Shown here: one piece after another, positions 28,142 to 42,556 of the stretch | How positions within the stretch are numbered: position 1 is the first letter of the stretch | How the letters are laid out: the number at the start of each line of letters is the position of its first letter | Source of the DNA: Lobosporangium transversale | Lineage: Eukaryota | DNA length: 64,000 nt | Direction of reading: 5' to 3' | NCBI RefSeq assembly: GCF_002105155.1 | Contig: NW_019028988.1 | Location: 806,001-870,000, forward strand | The notes under the pieces: generated by a model | The model's database searches: none | Seen by the model: the letters and a program-made list of their open reading frames with translations, nothing else | What the model was told of the DNA's origin: nothing | Position numbers and translations under genes: made by a program

Positions 28142-31100
28142 GTATGGGAAGGACGGAGAGTATTATATCAATTTGTCAAAGGCTTGTCGATCAAAACTTG
28201 CTTACAGCGATCATTCAAAGTCATCTTCCCTGGTTTATTATTTTCTTTGTTAAATACTTCTATTTTTCTACTGTATATTGACTACTGGCTTGAAATGTGA
28301 ATTCATGCTTCCCTGGTTGAGATAAAAGTCGACTACCTTTGGTACGGTAGCTTTTTTCTTTTTTTTTTTTTTTTTTGTTTGTTTGTTTCCTTGATGACAA
28401 AAAAAAAAAATCTCTGATGGTCGGAAAACTTGGGTCATAGACCAATAAGATGAACTAAAGAAAAAAAGGCTCAAAGCGCCTTTTTTCGGGATGTGTAAAC
28501 TATTATCTTGTATTTTTCTCGTGTTTAAAAAGCTATTCACCTGGGGTTGGTGAGGCGTTGCGGAGCAAAATATAAAAAATTGGTGTTCGCAAAACATTTT
28601 TTTTTTTTTTTGCTCTGAGAAATCCGAGCTGTTTACTTTTCTTATTATAGTTATAATATATGAGATGATTTTTCAATTATTATTGTTTCGAAGCGCGGTT
28701 TGGTCCCACGCAAAAGTACTAAACCCACCTGAACTTTTTTTAGCAACAAAAGAAAAAGACACATCAAACACGATTGGTTCAACAGTAAACGGCAAAAAAA
28801 AAAAAAAATAAAAAATAAAAAAAAGAGCCAAGAAAAAAGGGGGGAATTGCAAGAAAGGACGTTCATGGGGTTGCTTTGATATCTTTGTAATTTAGCTGAA
28901 AACAGATTCTTTCTAGTCCAATGATACCATAACAAGAATAAAAAAGAATGGTGCATGACGCGTATGTGAAATAGCCAGAGCCAAAGGAAATATATACTAG
29001 ACCTCTTAGGAGAATAACTAGACCGCCTTTTGTCGACTTGTTTCAAATCAAATTATAGAGAGATAATGAGAAAGAAAACTTGCGCGTAAGCTATTGGTAG
29101 CCTGAATTTTTCTAAAGATGTAAGCAAAAAATAATAATAATAAAAAAGAAATAAAGGACGCGAAGCGCTAATGTACGTGCTTCTTGCTTAGACTTGTTTA
29201 ATGCTTCGTAAAAATAAAAAATAAAAAATGATACGCAGCATATGCTGACTATAGCCACTTTTTATCTTGTCATGTTACTCTGGCGTAAACAATCATTCCT
29301 AGTTTAGAACCAACCCAAAATGTCGATATTGTCTATATGTAGATGATGTAGATGCCGCACAAAAGTTGCTCCTACTAGAGAAAAAAAACATTTTCTGTGA
29401 GAGCTTCCGTGTACAAGTACAGGGCATATGAGGAAGAGGACCAATGATAAAGCGGTATAATTGAGGCCTTTGTTTGATGTTTGGCAATGTCATTATCGAT
29501 TGGGTGAGCACTAGATTCAGATAAGAAGATCCAGGATGTAACCACATGCGAAGATAGAATGTATTTGTATATAAGTATAATATATAAACAACTTTATATA
29601 CTATGTAAATATATTTATATTGTACAATGGATCTGATCTACGGAAAGCATATGCAATGTGTGATGTGAACTAAATGCCTTACTGAGCAAGTCCCCCTATT
29701 CTGCAGGCGTAAAAAAAACACTCACTCCATTGTTAGGGATTAGCGTCCTGACCTCAATAGACCCTCCTATTCTCGACTCTTCAATCTTACTACCGTTCAA
29801 GATCATGCGTGTTAACATGTATACCCAACATCATTTTGCTAAATACGTTCATGCATAGCAGGAACACACGTTTCTTTTTCTGTCTTCAGAAAGCCGCAAA
29901 AAGAATACCCAAAATGATTGAATAAAAGTAAAAGTAGGCAGAGGCTAACACCATCAGACTATCTTTGGTGAGGGTATTTTTAGGTTGCTTCTATGGGTTT
30001 TTTTTACGCGTGCATTGCCACGCGTGTCCGGATAAATAATGATTAGAAATTTTCATGTCTACTAGGAGAAAGTATGTGCACACACATTAATCAACAGCCT
30101 TTTATGAACAATAATCTAGACCTTCTTTGTAAAAAAAAAAAAAAAAAAAGGTCTGCACGGCAGTCTAGCATTTGATTTTTTTTTTTTTTTTTCCCGATAA
30201 TGTAATCCAATTTCAAACCAAACACAAAGCCAAATAAAAAACAAAGATTGATCGTGAAGAAAGAAATGGCTCAAATGGTGAGATGATGAAAAAATCCAAA
30301 CAAGAAGGATCTAACAATGATCTGAAAGAAGCAACCATTGTATATACAATATACCTATTATATTTATATTACAAGATTATTCAAGTATTCATGCAAGACA
30401 ACCCCCAATAATCAATCAGGGAAGGAAGGTGATCGACAGGCATTGTGGTGGGCGTTGAGATGATTATTGCGTACATGAAGATGGATAGGAGAGATGGGAG
30501 GAGAGCAGAGAAAAGTGGTGGAAAGGTGGAAAAGGCGGGCAAACCTTTTTTTTTGTCAATTATTGGGGGAAAAAAAAAAAAGTCAAACCGGTTCAGAGAC
30601 AAGGTTGACGGACATGAAACTGAAAAATGGAATTTTTTTATTTCCCATTTTCTTCTCACACAAACATTGATCGAGTACTTTTTTTTTCAGAAGTGGGCTC
30701 CATGGACTGTCGCGCATTCAAAGGGGGCATGCGTCACTGGCCACATAAAAAAAAAGTGAAAATATGTACACAAGGTTATGACATTGAAATATGGAATATT
30801 GAAAAAAAAAAAAAAAAAAAAAAAAAAAAAGCAAAAAGGCTATTTGGATTCATATAAATGGCTTGGGCGTAATAGGGAAACAAAAGCTTTGACGAGGAAT
30901 ACTTGCTTTTGTTATTCCTTGTCTCAATAGAACTTTCGTACAACTGCTGATCATTTTGACACGCAGTAGACGAAGATAACCTTTAGGAGAAAAGGGTCTG
31001 GATCGTCTCCATTCTTTCTTTACATGAACGGTTTATTGTCTTCTACGTATTAAAAAGTGTTCTCGTCAATTTTAGGACCGTATATCGCGACTGCTCATTA

Positions 31101-31708
31101 TGCGACAAAATCTGTAATCAAAGAGATATAGACCATCATCTGAGTGGAGCCCATCCCAGTCTTTCGTAATCTGGCAATTCTGTGCACCCAAAAATAAAAA
31201 AGAAAAGAAAGAAAGGATGATAACAATAAGAATAGATGAATAGGTAGAATATTTAAAATATAAAATATGTTATATAAATGTACAGCGATATGCAATGCAG
31301 CAGGGGGTTGACAGGTTGTTTTCTTTTCAAATGTTACAGGATCCAATATTCCGCAGTTTAGTCCGAGCCATTATTATTTTGCATAATTTGGGACGGCACA
31401 CTGGTGCTCGAAGAATGAAAAATGAGACTTTGATTGACCAAGATAATGAACACCTTCGTGTCTATCAGTTTGGCAGGTACTGGGAGGGTACTCGTTTTTA
31501 TGTTTTTTGAAAGATCTCCATTCCTGGACATGTGTGCGTGCGTGAGTATATGTGAATCAAGAGGGGATTCACGGCTGCAAAGTAGATCTTTGGTCGGTGA
31601 ATCTTATTTTATTTTTTGTTTGTAAACATGTTAATTCATGCTGTAGTCTTTGTTGTGAGAATTTCAGCACACTCTGTCCATTTATTCCAACTGTAATAAA
31701 TGTATACA

Positions 31709-31790
31709 AATATATATATATATATATATAAATATACCAAATATATACATATATATTTATACATATTTATACATATTTATATACATATAT
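31709..31790. repeat. TA-rich microsatellite
   Basis: (TA)n run followed by repeated ATACATATTT units. Confidence 0.7.
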
Positions 31791-34700
31791 ACAAGTTCAT
31801 GTGCACCCAGACCCTTAGCCCTGGGTAAATATATATATACATGTATAACATGGATCCCTGTCTTTTTCCTTTGAATGAAGAAGTTGTCTTGTGTGACAAA
31901 CAGAAGATGAATTACCTTCTGCAATTGCACATCAACTTTTAATTGATCATCCCTGGTTTGCTGTTCTCACACGCCCATTGCTCTTCCGTCTTTTTTTTTT
32001 TTTTTTTCTTCATCTCCCTTAGTCTGTCCTCTTCCTCTTCTATTTATTATATATACATACATGTTGTGGTAAGAATGATTTGATAAGAAAAAAAAAAAAG
32101 TTGATCAAAGTGTATCGTCAACAGTGGACGATCGATCTCTATTTTGGACTGGTTTCTCGCTTTGTCGCAGATTTCTCCTTTTTCAGTTTCTTTTTTATTT
32201 ATTATATTTTACTTCTTTATTTTTATTTTTCGGCAATTTCTGCAGATCTTCCCCAAAATCCATATCTTACACAAAAAATTCGCAACCGCTCAAAATAAAG
32301 CCTTTTCCGTTTTTGAGACTAATGTGCTCTATTTATTTCAGTCATGCGTTTGCACGAATACACAAACATGCACATAAACACGAGATGGGGTGAGATGGAA
32401 TGAGTGTCGGGAGGCAAAAAGAGAGATTGACCAAAAAGATGTTGCCGAGCATTGTCTGTCTGGACATGCAGATTAATAACAATAGAATGACGATCTCTTT
32501 TTTCGTTGTTCCAGCACTGTGGAATATAAACTGGGGAAAACAAATTCTCTACTTCCTGCTAATGTCCTTGGAGGAAGCTAAAAAGATAGGAATCGCTCTA
32601 TGAAATATATATATTGATCATTAAACTTTTTTTTTTTTTTTTTTTACGAAAGTGCAGACTCTGTTCAATCTACCAATCTTATATTTTATACAGTCAAAAA
32701 TATTTATTATAAAAAATAGGTTTCCTCTCTTTTTGTGACATGTTTGCATGGTCCGTTCCTGGGTAGAAAGCCGAGGCCGCTTCTGCAAAAATATCATAGC
32801 TCATAAATAGTCTATTTAATATATATACAATAAGCATTTAATGGCTTTATTTTACTCTTTCGCTTTGATTGACTTGAGTTAATAGGTGCTCACATCGACT
32901 TCTTCTCTACTTTCCTTACTGTTGGACAAATGTCTAGGACAGCAAACAGAAACCAAGGAAAGTTCGCAAATGTCGGTATGCAAGGCGAGTATTTTTGTGT
33001 TTTTATGTGCTTTATCCAAACAGGAATATATACAAGAAACACTTTTTTTTTATTTTTTAGTCCGCCTATCGCGTTTACAGCTATGGATGAATATATAAAT
33101 GAATAATATATACACACAATAGCTTGGAAAAACATGCAGGATTTTGTCTGTTTCGTTTGTATAAATGTGTTTGCAGATTAAATAGAAGAGAATAGGATCG
33201 TCTTATAAACATTTGTGCAGTAAATGGAAACGCGTGGGGCGTGATAGTGTTGACAATAATGAAAATAAAGCCGATCATTGGAGCAATCGATTGCTTGTTT
33301 TCTTTTCTTTTCTTTTCTTTTACTACTTTCTTGTTTCTTTGGAGCGAGTTGTCGTTAAGCATGTATTTGTATACAAAGACCGGACCTATTTGAATTGAAT
33401 TGGATATACAAGCTGCATAAATAGCTATTGAATACAGCTTTTTGACTAGAGGATGTCAAGTGTATTCATCAGAAAGAGATGAAGGTAGACGTGCAGACAG
33501 GCACACAGGAAAGACAAGGCAAGGCCACGAAGGTGAGGAAATATCTCATATACATATACATATATGTATATATGAATGTATATTTACTCTTCTTATTTCT
33601 TAATCTTTTTTTCTTCTATAGAATACCATCCATGTATTGAATCGGGTGTCGATACAATCGGCGACCAATCGATTCTCCTTCGCTCCACTCTGTGTTTGTG
33701 TAGGTGTCTGCGCGTGAGGCGGGTTGGGAGGTTTGTGTGCGAATATTTGTGAATATTAAGATGTATTTTATTTTTATTATAAAACCAATGCTAGTGCACC
33801 TATTGGCCCAAAAAATATGGGCGATACCCAGTTCTTGTCTCTTTTATTTCTTGCCCTGCCCTGTCCTGTCTATTCTCTTTTATCTCAGCTTCTCACTTAC
33901 TTTCTCTTCTTTCTTCCTCTCTCTTTTCTTCCTTCTTCCTTTTCCTCTCTTCCTTTTGCTTCCCGCCTTTCCTTCTCCCTTTTCAATTCTCAGCTAGCCT
34001 CATCTATCCGGGCTTAATCTTTTGCCATCATCAATCGTTCCTTCTCGTCATTTTGATTTTAGTTTTATTCTTTATTTCCATCCTTGTCACAGTGATTGTT
34101 GCTGAGAGGGATGAACAAAGGGGTAGGTGACTTCTCAGCCATCCACTCCAGTCCTGAAAAGAGACTCAATGTATAAATATTAGATATTCTGGACAATAGT
34201 CGTCGAAGCAGACAGCCAGGATGCCTCCTAAAAAGCTGGATTACTTCTTTTCCTGACCCACAAACTATAATTTACTCACACAGACAAACACATGCTCACC
34301 ATCAGCTCTCCACCACAGCCATCACTATTCTGCAGCGTTTCTCTTTCCTTTGTAAAAGATGAGATCCTACTGAAGCCTTTGTTACTTGCCATAGAGGCTT
34401 ATTCATTCAATATTCAGCGTGATTACTTTATTTGATACATTTAGCGCACCATTCATTCGTTCGATCCCAATTTCTTTCTTTCAACACTCATTGGTCATTC
34501 TTGCTGCTCTTTTCCCTCTTGCTACTCTATCCGCTTCACTTACTCGCCGCATTCTATCCTTTCATTTCTTCTGACATTGTATTTTCGCATCGCAGAGTAG
34601 CCCAAGTAGCATCAGCAACAGCATCCTTATCAACATCAACTCTCTAGACCATCATTCAACCGTGCACGCCCCTCTCCCCTTCTCTTCCTGCTTCCAGCAT

Positions 34701-36223
34701 ATTTGTGTCCCGTTCACAATTGGTCCCCGGTTGTTCACAATGCTCTCTTTTTCCTAAGAACCCTTGGTCGTTTGAGCTTGGGTCTAGAGCACATCTTTTT
34801 TTTTTTTTTTTTTTTTTCACAAACACAGAATAAAAGAGTGAATTTTTCTTTGGTCATCCATTTCTCTTTTAATTTCTCCACCGACTCTCCCTCCATTTTT
34901 TTTTTCTTCCTGTTCCCCTCCACAGCTGCATCTTACCCTCCTAAAACATGGTCCTCTCTTTTTAATACAGCTGGATTTCGTCAGCCAATTTAGCCATGCC
35001 CAGTCCCTTGCACCTTTGGGCAGATATTCTCACACATGGTCGACCATGCATTCACATCCATTCATCATATGCATAGGCGCGCACGCACATTCTCATCTCC
35101 TTGTTCTACGTTTCCTTCTCCTTTTCCATCTTTATTTCATTTTAATTTTAAGAGTGCTTTCAATGTAAGAGACCAACAAGGATCTTGTAGTCATAATAAC
35201 GAACCCTATCAATCTCATTCTTTTTAATATTTTCATCTCGGATGAAAATATATCATTCAGGGTATCTATCCAAAGTAGATAGTAAAGTGGATAGGCATTC
35301 CTTTATTGTAGGAATCATAATAGCAACCAATGGACAGAAAAACAAAACATCCAGCAGTCTATTCATATCCAATCTCAGGAACAGCTCTTTGGGGGGTTTT
35401 TTTGTCTCATCCTTGTACGAATAATCTACATTCATCCTCTTGTTTCCTAGTGCTTATTTATCTGATGAACCATCCTCTCAAATATTGCATCCTGTATTAT
35501 TTCCTTACTCTGTTGGCGTGCATATCACCTGCATCATTTTATTTTTATTTCTTGGTATATTAGACAGACAGGGGAAAAAAGGCGAAAACGATATTTAGAT
35601 AGCTCATCAGAGCTGACAACAATCGCACAATTGAAATATGCTTATTTGGGTTATTGTTTGCCCATAAGATGTATCTTCCACAGCATCTTTCTACATATTG
35701 TTAAACTTCACTTCTTCAATCTTCTCGATCAGATCGATCGTATCCCTGTTATTAATAACATGTAATATGGGCTTTGTTCTAAGGCTCACCTAAGGTTTAC
35801 TATTGTCTCTCATCGTCAAAAGTTTTTTTCCGTCAGTAAACTCCCATCATCAGAAATCAATACAAATATATCAGCAATAAGATATATTATGGCTTCTTCA
35901 ACCTTCATGAAGCATATAGATCAAACCCTTTTATAACTCTTTTTCAACGTTACTAATCAACTTACATGGGGTCCGTCTTTCGTCCTCTGTCTTCACCACC
36001 TTTTAGATATAAATCCCATCGACCATTTTCAAACTTAGTTTACTTACCAACTGTGATATATTCTAAGGGCAGCGACGTAAATCCATCGTATATCCACAGA
36101 GTCATAGAGAGGACTCTTGATTTTGTTGGAGCATCCCAAAGTATTTTCCATCTGTCGTCTTACCATTGGCCTACATTTTGAGTCAAGGACCAAAGTATAA
36201 ATTGTGTGACACTTTGGCACACC

Positions 36224-39200
36224 ATGCTGCCATCTATCCATCATCTACTTGACTCCAATCCTGTCATAGGTCATATAAACGACATCCATTCAGTGCCGCC
36301 TTCTCCATCTCTACTCATGCCGCTAACCCTCACTGAAAGTCATCATGGCCATCGCTATCATCATTATCATCAAAAGATTGAGGGACAAAGGCATAACAAC
36401 ATGAGTGCTATAGAAGATCCACATCCACAACGCAACACTCCACAATATCATAAAACACAGCATCATCCTCACCCGCCGTACGAGCCTCTCCATCCACCAC
36501 ACCCACAGGAAGACGATTGCAATGGGGATGCGATCCCACTCTCATCTATCACTGCCTCTGGGTCTAAACCTCTGGTTTCTCGAGAAAAACATTCTTTCAC
36601 ACACTCTAGTTACACTAATAGGATCGCAAGGGATGATGGTCACTACCTTCCGCCTCCATCTCATGTCAGCTCTGAGTCTGCACCATCTGATATGGACACA
36701 GCAAAGTTATCTAGTCACTCGCCCTCGCCACGTGGATCTCCAGGATCGTCCTACTACAGCGAGAATGATCCGCGGAGCTCCGGATCCACGGCGACCCCAG
36801 CATGGTCATCTCACTCTAACATGCATACCTCAACCCAGCCTGCTTCACAACAGTATGTACACCCTTATCGATCTCAGTCAAGGATGTCTCCATTTGATCC
36901 TTCTATCTCGTCTTCATCATCGTCAGCATCGCCATCTCCTTCCATTTCGACCGCAACAGCTGTATCCACACCCCTAACGACAGATGCTATGCTTGTCGTC
37001 ACAAATAGAGCTGCTGCTACAAGTATTTGTGATCCTAAATGGAGAGGAGGATCAAATTATGGTTCACGAGGTATGCGTGAAGATCACGGAGACTTGGGTG
37101 CAGACCGCCATTCTCTCATTGTAGACTACGTTGAGCGGATGGGTCGAGCGCATAGTGATCCAGCACACCCACCACACGGAGGTCTCATCCAGCCAGCACC
37201 AAACAACCCTTTGCGAGTTTCCCCATCTTACAGTAGGCAAAGTAACCCAGAGACCTCCCTGAACTACAAACATCATCTGCATCCTTCACCACTCCGGCAT
37301 TTTGAAGAGCCTCCAGCAAGAAGGAGCATGAATGGATCGCGTTCATATGGGCCGGAGCCTCATCATCACCATCATTATGATCACAACCAAGCTCATGATC
37401 TCAACCCCCATCATTATCAAAACTCGATCAACGTATCCCAACGGCCAGTGAAGTTCCCCGACGTTGAACAAGGATACCGAGCACAGTCGCCTTCGTCGAA
37501 TACTTTTTCGAACCAAACCGAAAATCGAGTATGTGTTTCATCTTCCCCGATTTTGCCATCAAAATTTAATGCATCACACAATCAACAACACCCTTCTGGC
37601 CATGCATACTCTCCTTTGCCACCAACGCCTCCTCAGACGACGGCAGATGCTCCTCAGGAGGTATCAGAAGGACAACGAAGCATGGCACACGACTGGTCGA
37701 AGGAGACATACTGCGAACCCTCACGGTATAGTGACCCTAGACCAGTGCCATTCCATCACGGACAGGGTCAAAGACATGAATCAATGTCTCCACCAAGTCC
37801 CCTCGGCGTGAACACCATGCCCTCTTCCCTAAATCTGTCTTCTTCCCGCCAGCAGCCTAGTGTTGCACCCCGTTCCCCCCGTCATCTCCCCCACCCCACA
37901 CTTCAGCAACAGCAGCATCCGCCGCCATTGTATGACCCTGTCCGCGAATCGGACCATAAAACTTTTGAGCACCCGACAGCTATGCAAGCTTCGGTGTATT
38001 CATCCAACCAAAACCGACAGCCTGACCCAGAGCAGTCGCATCCACTTGGCCGACAGCATTTTGCTTTGACCAATTCTTCGCCTTCTGGTCCCTCTGAAGA
38101 GGGACCAATGCCTTCAAGGCAACCGGGGCCCCAACCTCATGGACTAGCAGCACGAGCTGAGCGGAATACTTCCCACCCATACTATAACCCTGTTCATCCT
38201 GATCGATCGTTTGCCTCACCTTCGAGTGATACGGATGACCATTATAGTCTCACGAAAGATACAAATCACTCACCATCTAAGACGCCGTTGTTATCTCAAC
38301 CTCCTTCTCGCAATCAGCCTTTAGGCTATCCACCGTCACCTCAAGATAGACCTTCGAAGGGAACCGGCCATGACTACGCTAATCACATCCGTGGCCACGT
38401 TCGACCTAGTTCACAGGGACATCAGCAGGTGGACGCAGCTGGATATAGTGCTGAAGCAAACAGTGGCCATCATAGAGATTGGAATGATCCAAACTCTGGA
38501 TGTAGTCCTAGAGAAGGTGCAGAAATGATCGAGGACGACGGCAAAGGACGCTCATCTGCGCAACAGTCGGTTTCTTCGTCTCAATGGAGAGGTTCTCGTC
38601 GAAGCATTCGCTCGTCTATTTCGGAGCCTGATCTACAGCTGGTTAGTTCGGGCCTAAGACAGGAGCGTCACATGACGCTATACCATGAAGAAGGGCGCCA
38701 TCACGAAGACAATCTTGAAGATCTAACAGAAGATGACGAGGAAGGATCGGAGGAGCAGGAGTATGATGAAAAGCTTAAGGAAAGGCAAATCATACATCGC
38801 CGGGCGCAGACAGATGTGTGTCCATGCGATTACGATTCTGGAGCCACTCCTGAGTCTGATCGTCGTAGCCATTCGTCACAACCTTCTCCTGGTCACCATC
38901 ATTCTCACCCCCACCATTACAGCCATCCCCAGGCACATTCCTACGATGGGTCACCACCGTTATCTACGAAGCAACATCCTCATGAAGACTATTCGGCGTT
39001 TCTTTCTCATCAGCATGTCTCTGCTCATGCTCAGCCCTACCCGCCACCTCTTCACCATCTTGCCAATATACGCTCCCAGCATCCTGGGCATGGTCAGTAC
39101 TACTCTCAGTATCAGCCGCATCAGCAGCAGCATCCCATACCTGATGCCCCTTACCAAGCCTCAGGACCAGGAATAGCGGCCGATCGCCCACTTCTCCCCA

Positions 39201-39517
39201 ATATGCAAGTGTCATCATCAATACCAAGTAGTACCACCACTAAAAGGCGTGGCCCGTATCTTTCGCGGTCACGAGCGATCATGGCAGGTATGGAGGTGAC
39301 AACGGCTTCGAGCCGATACCAGTGTCAATACTGTCAAAAACGGTTCAGCCGACCAAGCTCACTTCGGATCCACACATACTCGCACACAGGCGAGCGACCA
39401 TTCAAATGCTCGGAGGAGGGATGTGGACGACAATTCTCGGTACAGAGTAATATGCGTCGCCATCTTCGTGTGCATCGTATGGGCCGAGTTGTTCGATCTG
39501 AGTTTGCTCCACGGGCG

Positions 39518-39523
<6 letters not shown>
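36224..39523 (+). CDS. C2H2 zinc-finger transcription factor (intronless, about 1099 aa)
   Basis: First ATG at 36224 (MLPSIHHLL). A long His/Pro/Ser low-complexity region precedes two C-terminal fingers: YQCQYCQKRFSRPSSLRIHTYSH-TGERPF-KCSEEGCGRQFSVQSNMRRHLRVH. Confidence 0.92.
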
Positions 39524-39557
<34 letters not shown>

Positions 39558-39957
39558 AAAGTCAAAGCGAGTGAAATGGTACAAGTATAAAATGCGGGCG
39601 GACAAGAAAGACAGACAAAGGGATCATAATGCATCTTTTATTTTTATTTTTCTCTTTCTCTGTTCTTTTTAATTATTTTAATTTAGCAATTAGCTTGTTC
39701 TCTCTATTTTACTATCTTTACACTCATGAGATATTCTTTTTCTTTTTATTATCTGCCTCTTTTCATCACAATTATAATCACCAAACACCCTTCCCATGTC
39801 TTGTACTGAATGTACCAAAAAAAAAAAAGAAAAAAAGTATTCTAATAAAGTTTCTGAAGTTATTTGTTAATGTATATGCGTGTAGATTTTGTTTGTAAAA
39901 AAGGTCAAAACGATAATAGAGAAGGCGAATTGATATTCTATTATTTTTATTTGGTTA

Positions 39958-41914
39958 TTACAGTTTGGATGGAATGTGGGATAGGGATTTAGTAGTGGCA
40001 GAAAGTGTAGATAATGAGAGTGTAGATGAGGTAGATGAAGGCGGAGATGACTGTGATGATGATGATGGTGCCAAGTCTGCTTCTAGTTCCACTTTCGATA
40101 CAGAAATTGAAGTTGGACTGCAAGTTGGTTTTGTCGCTGTTGATGTTGTAGATAGCATTGATGGTGATGTTGATGAATCGGTTTCAAAAAGAGTGGGAGT
40201 ATTGACAGTTGTAGTAGAGATGTCCTGTTGTTGCGACATCCATGCTTGGACAATCTGAATCAATTGGTCGACCTGTTGGAGAGTGTTATGACTATGGAGA
40301 CAGATACGAACACGCTCTTTTCCCCGAGGCACTGTAGGAAAACGAATAGGCTTGACATTAAGACCAGCCTGAATGAGCTGTTGAGAGAGTGCATTAACTT
40401 TAGCATTACCGTGGATGACGATACCCTGGATTGGAGAGGTTGAGGGCAAGAGCATATGGTCTGGAAGTTGAATGTTGGATCGGAAATAGGTAATTAACCC
40501 ACGAACTTTTTCAACCAACTTTTTGTTTTGGAAAGAAAGAAACGAAAAGAAGAAAAAGACGAATTAGTGTTGAGAATAGACAACATAATATACAAACTTT
40601 GGTAATAAAGATAATAAAGAACGAGTAAAAAAAATACCTCGACTGTCTCTCCATAGATGAGCATTTCGTAAGCGGATTTGATACTGGCTAAGTTACTGAA
40701 GGATGTGAAGGTGGAGTAGATTAGAGGACGCGCATAGTTGATCAGATACTCCTTTAGAATCTTCGGTCCCACCAAAGCGGCTAGGGTTGTATTAAGAAAT
40801 ATAAAAGAGAGATGAAATAGGGTTATCTGTGAATCAAGCTGTTATATAAAAAAGCTTTGCTTCCATCATTCATCAAACGTTACTCGGGGTGAACGCTGAT
40901 TGACGGAGTGGTAATTGATAATAATTTTTCCTTACCCCCATTGCTTGCAAGGGCCTTGCTGAAGGTATGAAGTCTAGCAAAGATCTTGTTTTCCAAGCCC
41001 ATCTCATTCACGAGTCCTCGTCCGTTCTGTCCATACACACCAGTTGCGTGGGCCTAGATTTTTTTATTTTTTTATTTTTTTATTTTTTTTTAAAAAAAAA
41101 TTGATTTGATTGAGTTGGAGTTTGAAAAATCTGGAGAAGGCGTAGAGTGACTATCATTTCTTTTCATTTCTCCATGAACCCCATAAAAAAAAGTGATGGT
41201 GAGAAAAAATAAAAGATTAATGGACTAAGTAGTCGTTACCTCGTCAACGATGAGATATGCATCATATAATTCAAGTAGATCAACGATCTCCTTCAATGGC
41301 GCAGTGTCTCCGTCCATTGAGTAGACGCTCTCCACAGCCACAAAGATATTCCTCTTTTGCTTCTTTAATGGCAATGGCTTTGATGATGATGATTGAGCAA
41401 GTCCTTGTTGACCTTTGTCATCCTCTTGTCGCACTGAATGAAGTAATTCTGCAAGGTGGCCCAGGTTGTTGTGCAGAAAAGGCTGTTTGAGAGTAGCACG
41501 GGTGACCTTCATACCATCATGAACCGAAGCATGAATGTATTCATCATAGAGGATCACATCGCCCGGTTGAGGTACACTGCTGAAGAAGCCTACATTAGCA
41601 TCAAAACCAGAGTTGAAAATCAAGGCAGCTTCCGCATGATGAAAACGAGCGATCATCTGTTCTAGATCTTCAGCATATTTGGAGTTGCCATCGAGAAGGC
41701 GAGAACCTGTGGAACCCAGAGGTGGTTTGTGTGAGGGAAAGGATTCAAGTTCTTTCAGGAATCGGGAACCGAGAGCAGGATTGCGAGCTAGGCCAAGGAA
41801 ATCATTGGAGGAAAAATCAGTCGAAGATTCAGGGATGACAACTAGTTTGCGAAGAAGTGATCTCTTCTTGCGTGACTCAAGAAGTGTCTGAAGTTGGTGT
41901 TCGATTCGCGATGG

Positions 41915-41917
<3 letters not shown>
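39958..41917 (-). CDS. bioF: 8-amino-7-oxononanoate synthase (BioF, class II PLP aminotransferase), 4 exons
   Basis: DFSSNDFLGLA, GSTGSRLLDGN, FNSGFDANVG, DEYIHASVHDG, ESVYSMDGD, VDE|AHATG, HTFSKAL (PLP lysine), YLINYARPLIYST, SPIQ, IRFPTVPRGKERVRICLH. Confidence 0.93.
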
Positions 41918-41947
<30 letters not shown>

Positions 41948-42320
41948 GTTAGAGAACAAATGAGGAATGAATGAATGAATAAAAGAGAAGAAAAAGACAA
42001 AAAGGACGACGATGGGAAAGAAAGGAGTAAAGTGGAGAGAACGAGAGTTAGAAGGGATGAAGTGAACACAGGAGCGTGAGCAAGGGTGCTTTCTGTCTGT
42101 CAAATGCTTATCTCTCTCCACACGCGCTACAACGGTACAACCCAAAAGAATCTACAACGGTCAATCAGGAACAATATGATGTCTAATTGATCAAGGTCAC
42201 TTCAGATAGAAAGGAGGACGTGTCATATTTAATTCTCATATTCATCTGATAAGATTGCAGGAGTATGAATTGATGAAACAATCCATTCAACTAACATAAA
42301 ACAAACACTCAGCCACATCT

Positions 42321-42354
<34 letters not shown>

Positions 42355-42399
42355 AGACATGGCAAGCCCATTTCCATTCAACTCTTCTCTCCTCTTTTT

Positions 42400-42433
<34 letters not shown>

Positions 42434-42556
42434 AGGTTGCTAGAGAGAAGGTTATTTGTCAGCAAACATACATAACACACAGTACAACATCCCTCTTAGT
42501 GCAGTGCTTTTGCTTGATATCATTACATTTCACATACAACACCATAACAGGACACT

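Noticed and set aside
28000..35600. Numerous 60-130 aa Phe/Lys-rich ORFs
   Set aside because: They arise from poly-T/poly-A and low-complexity tracts.
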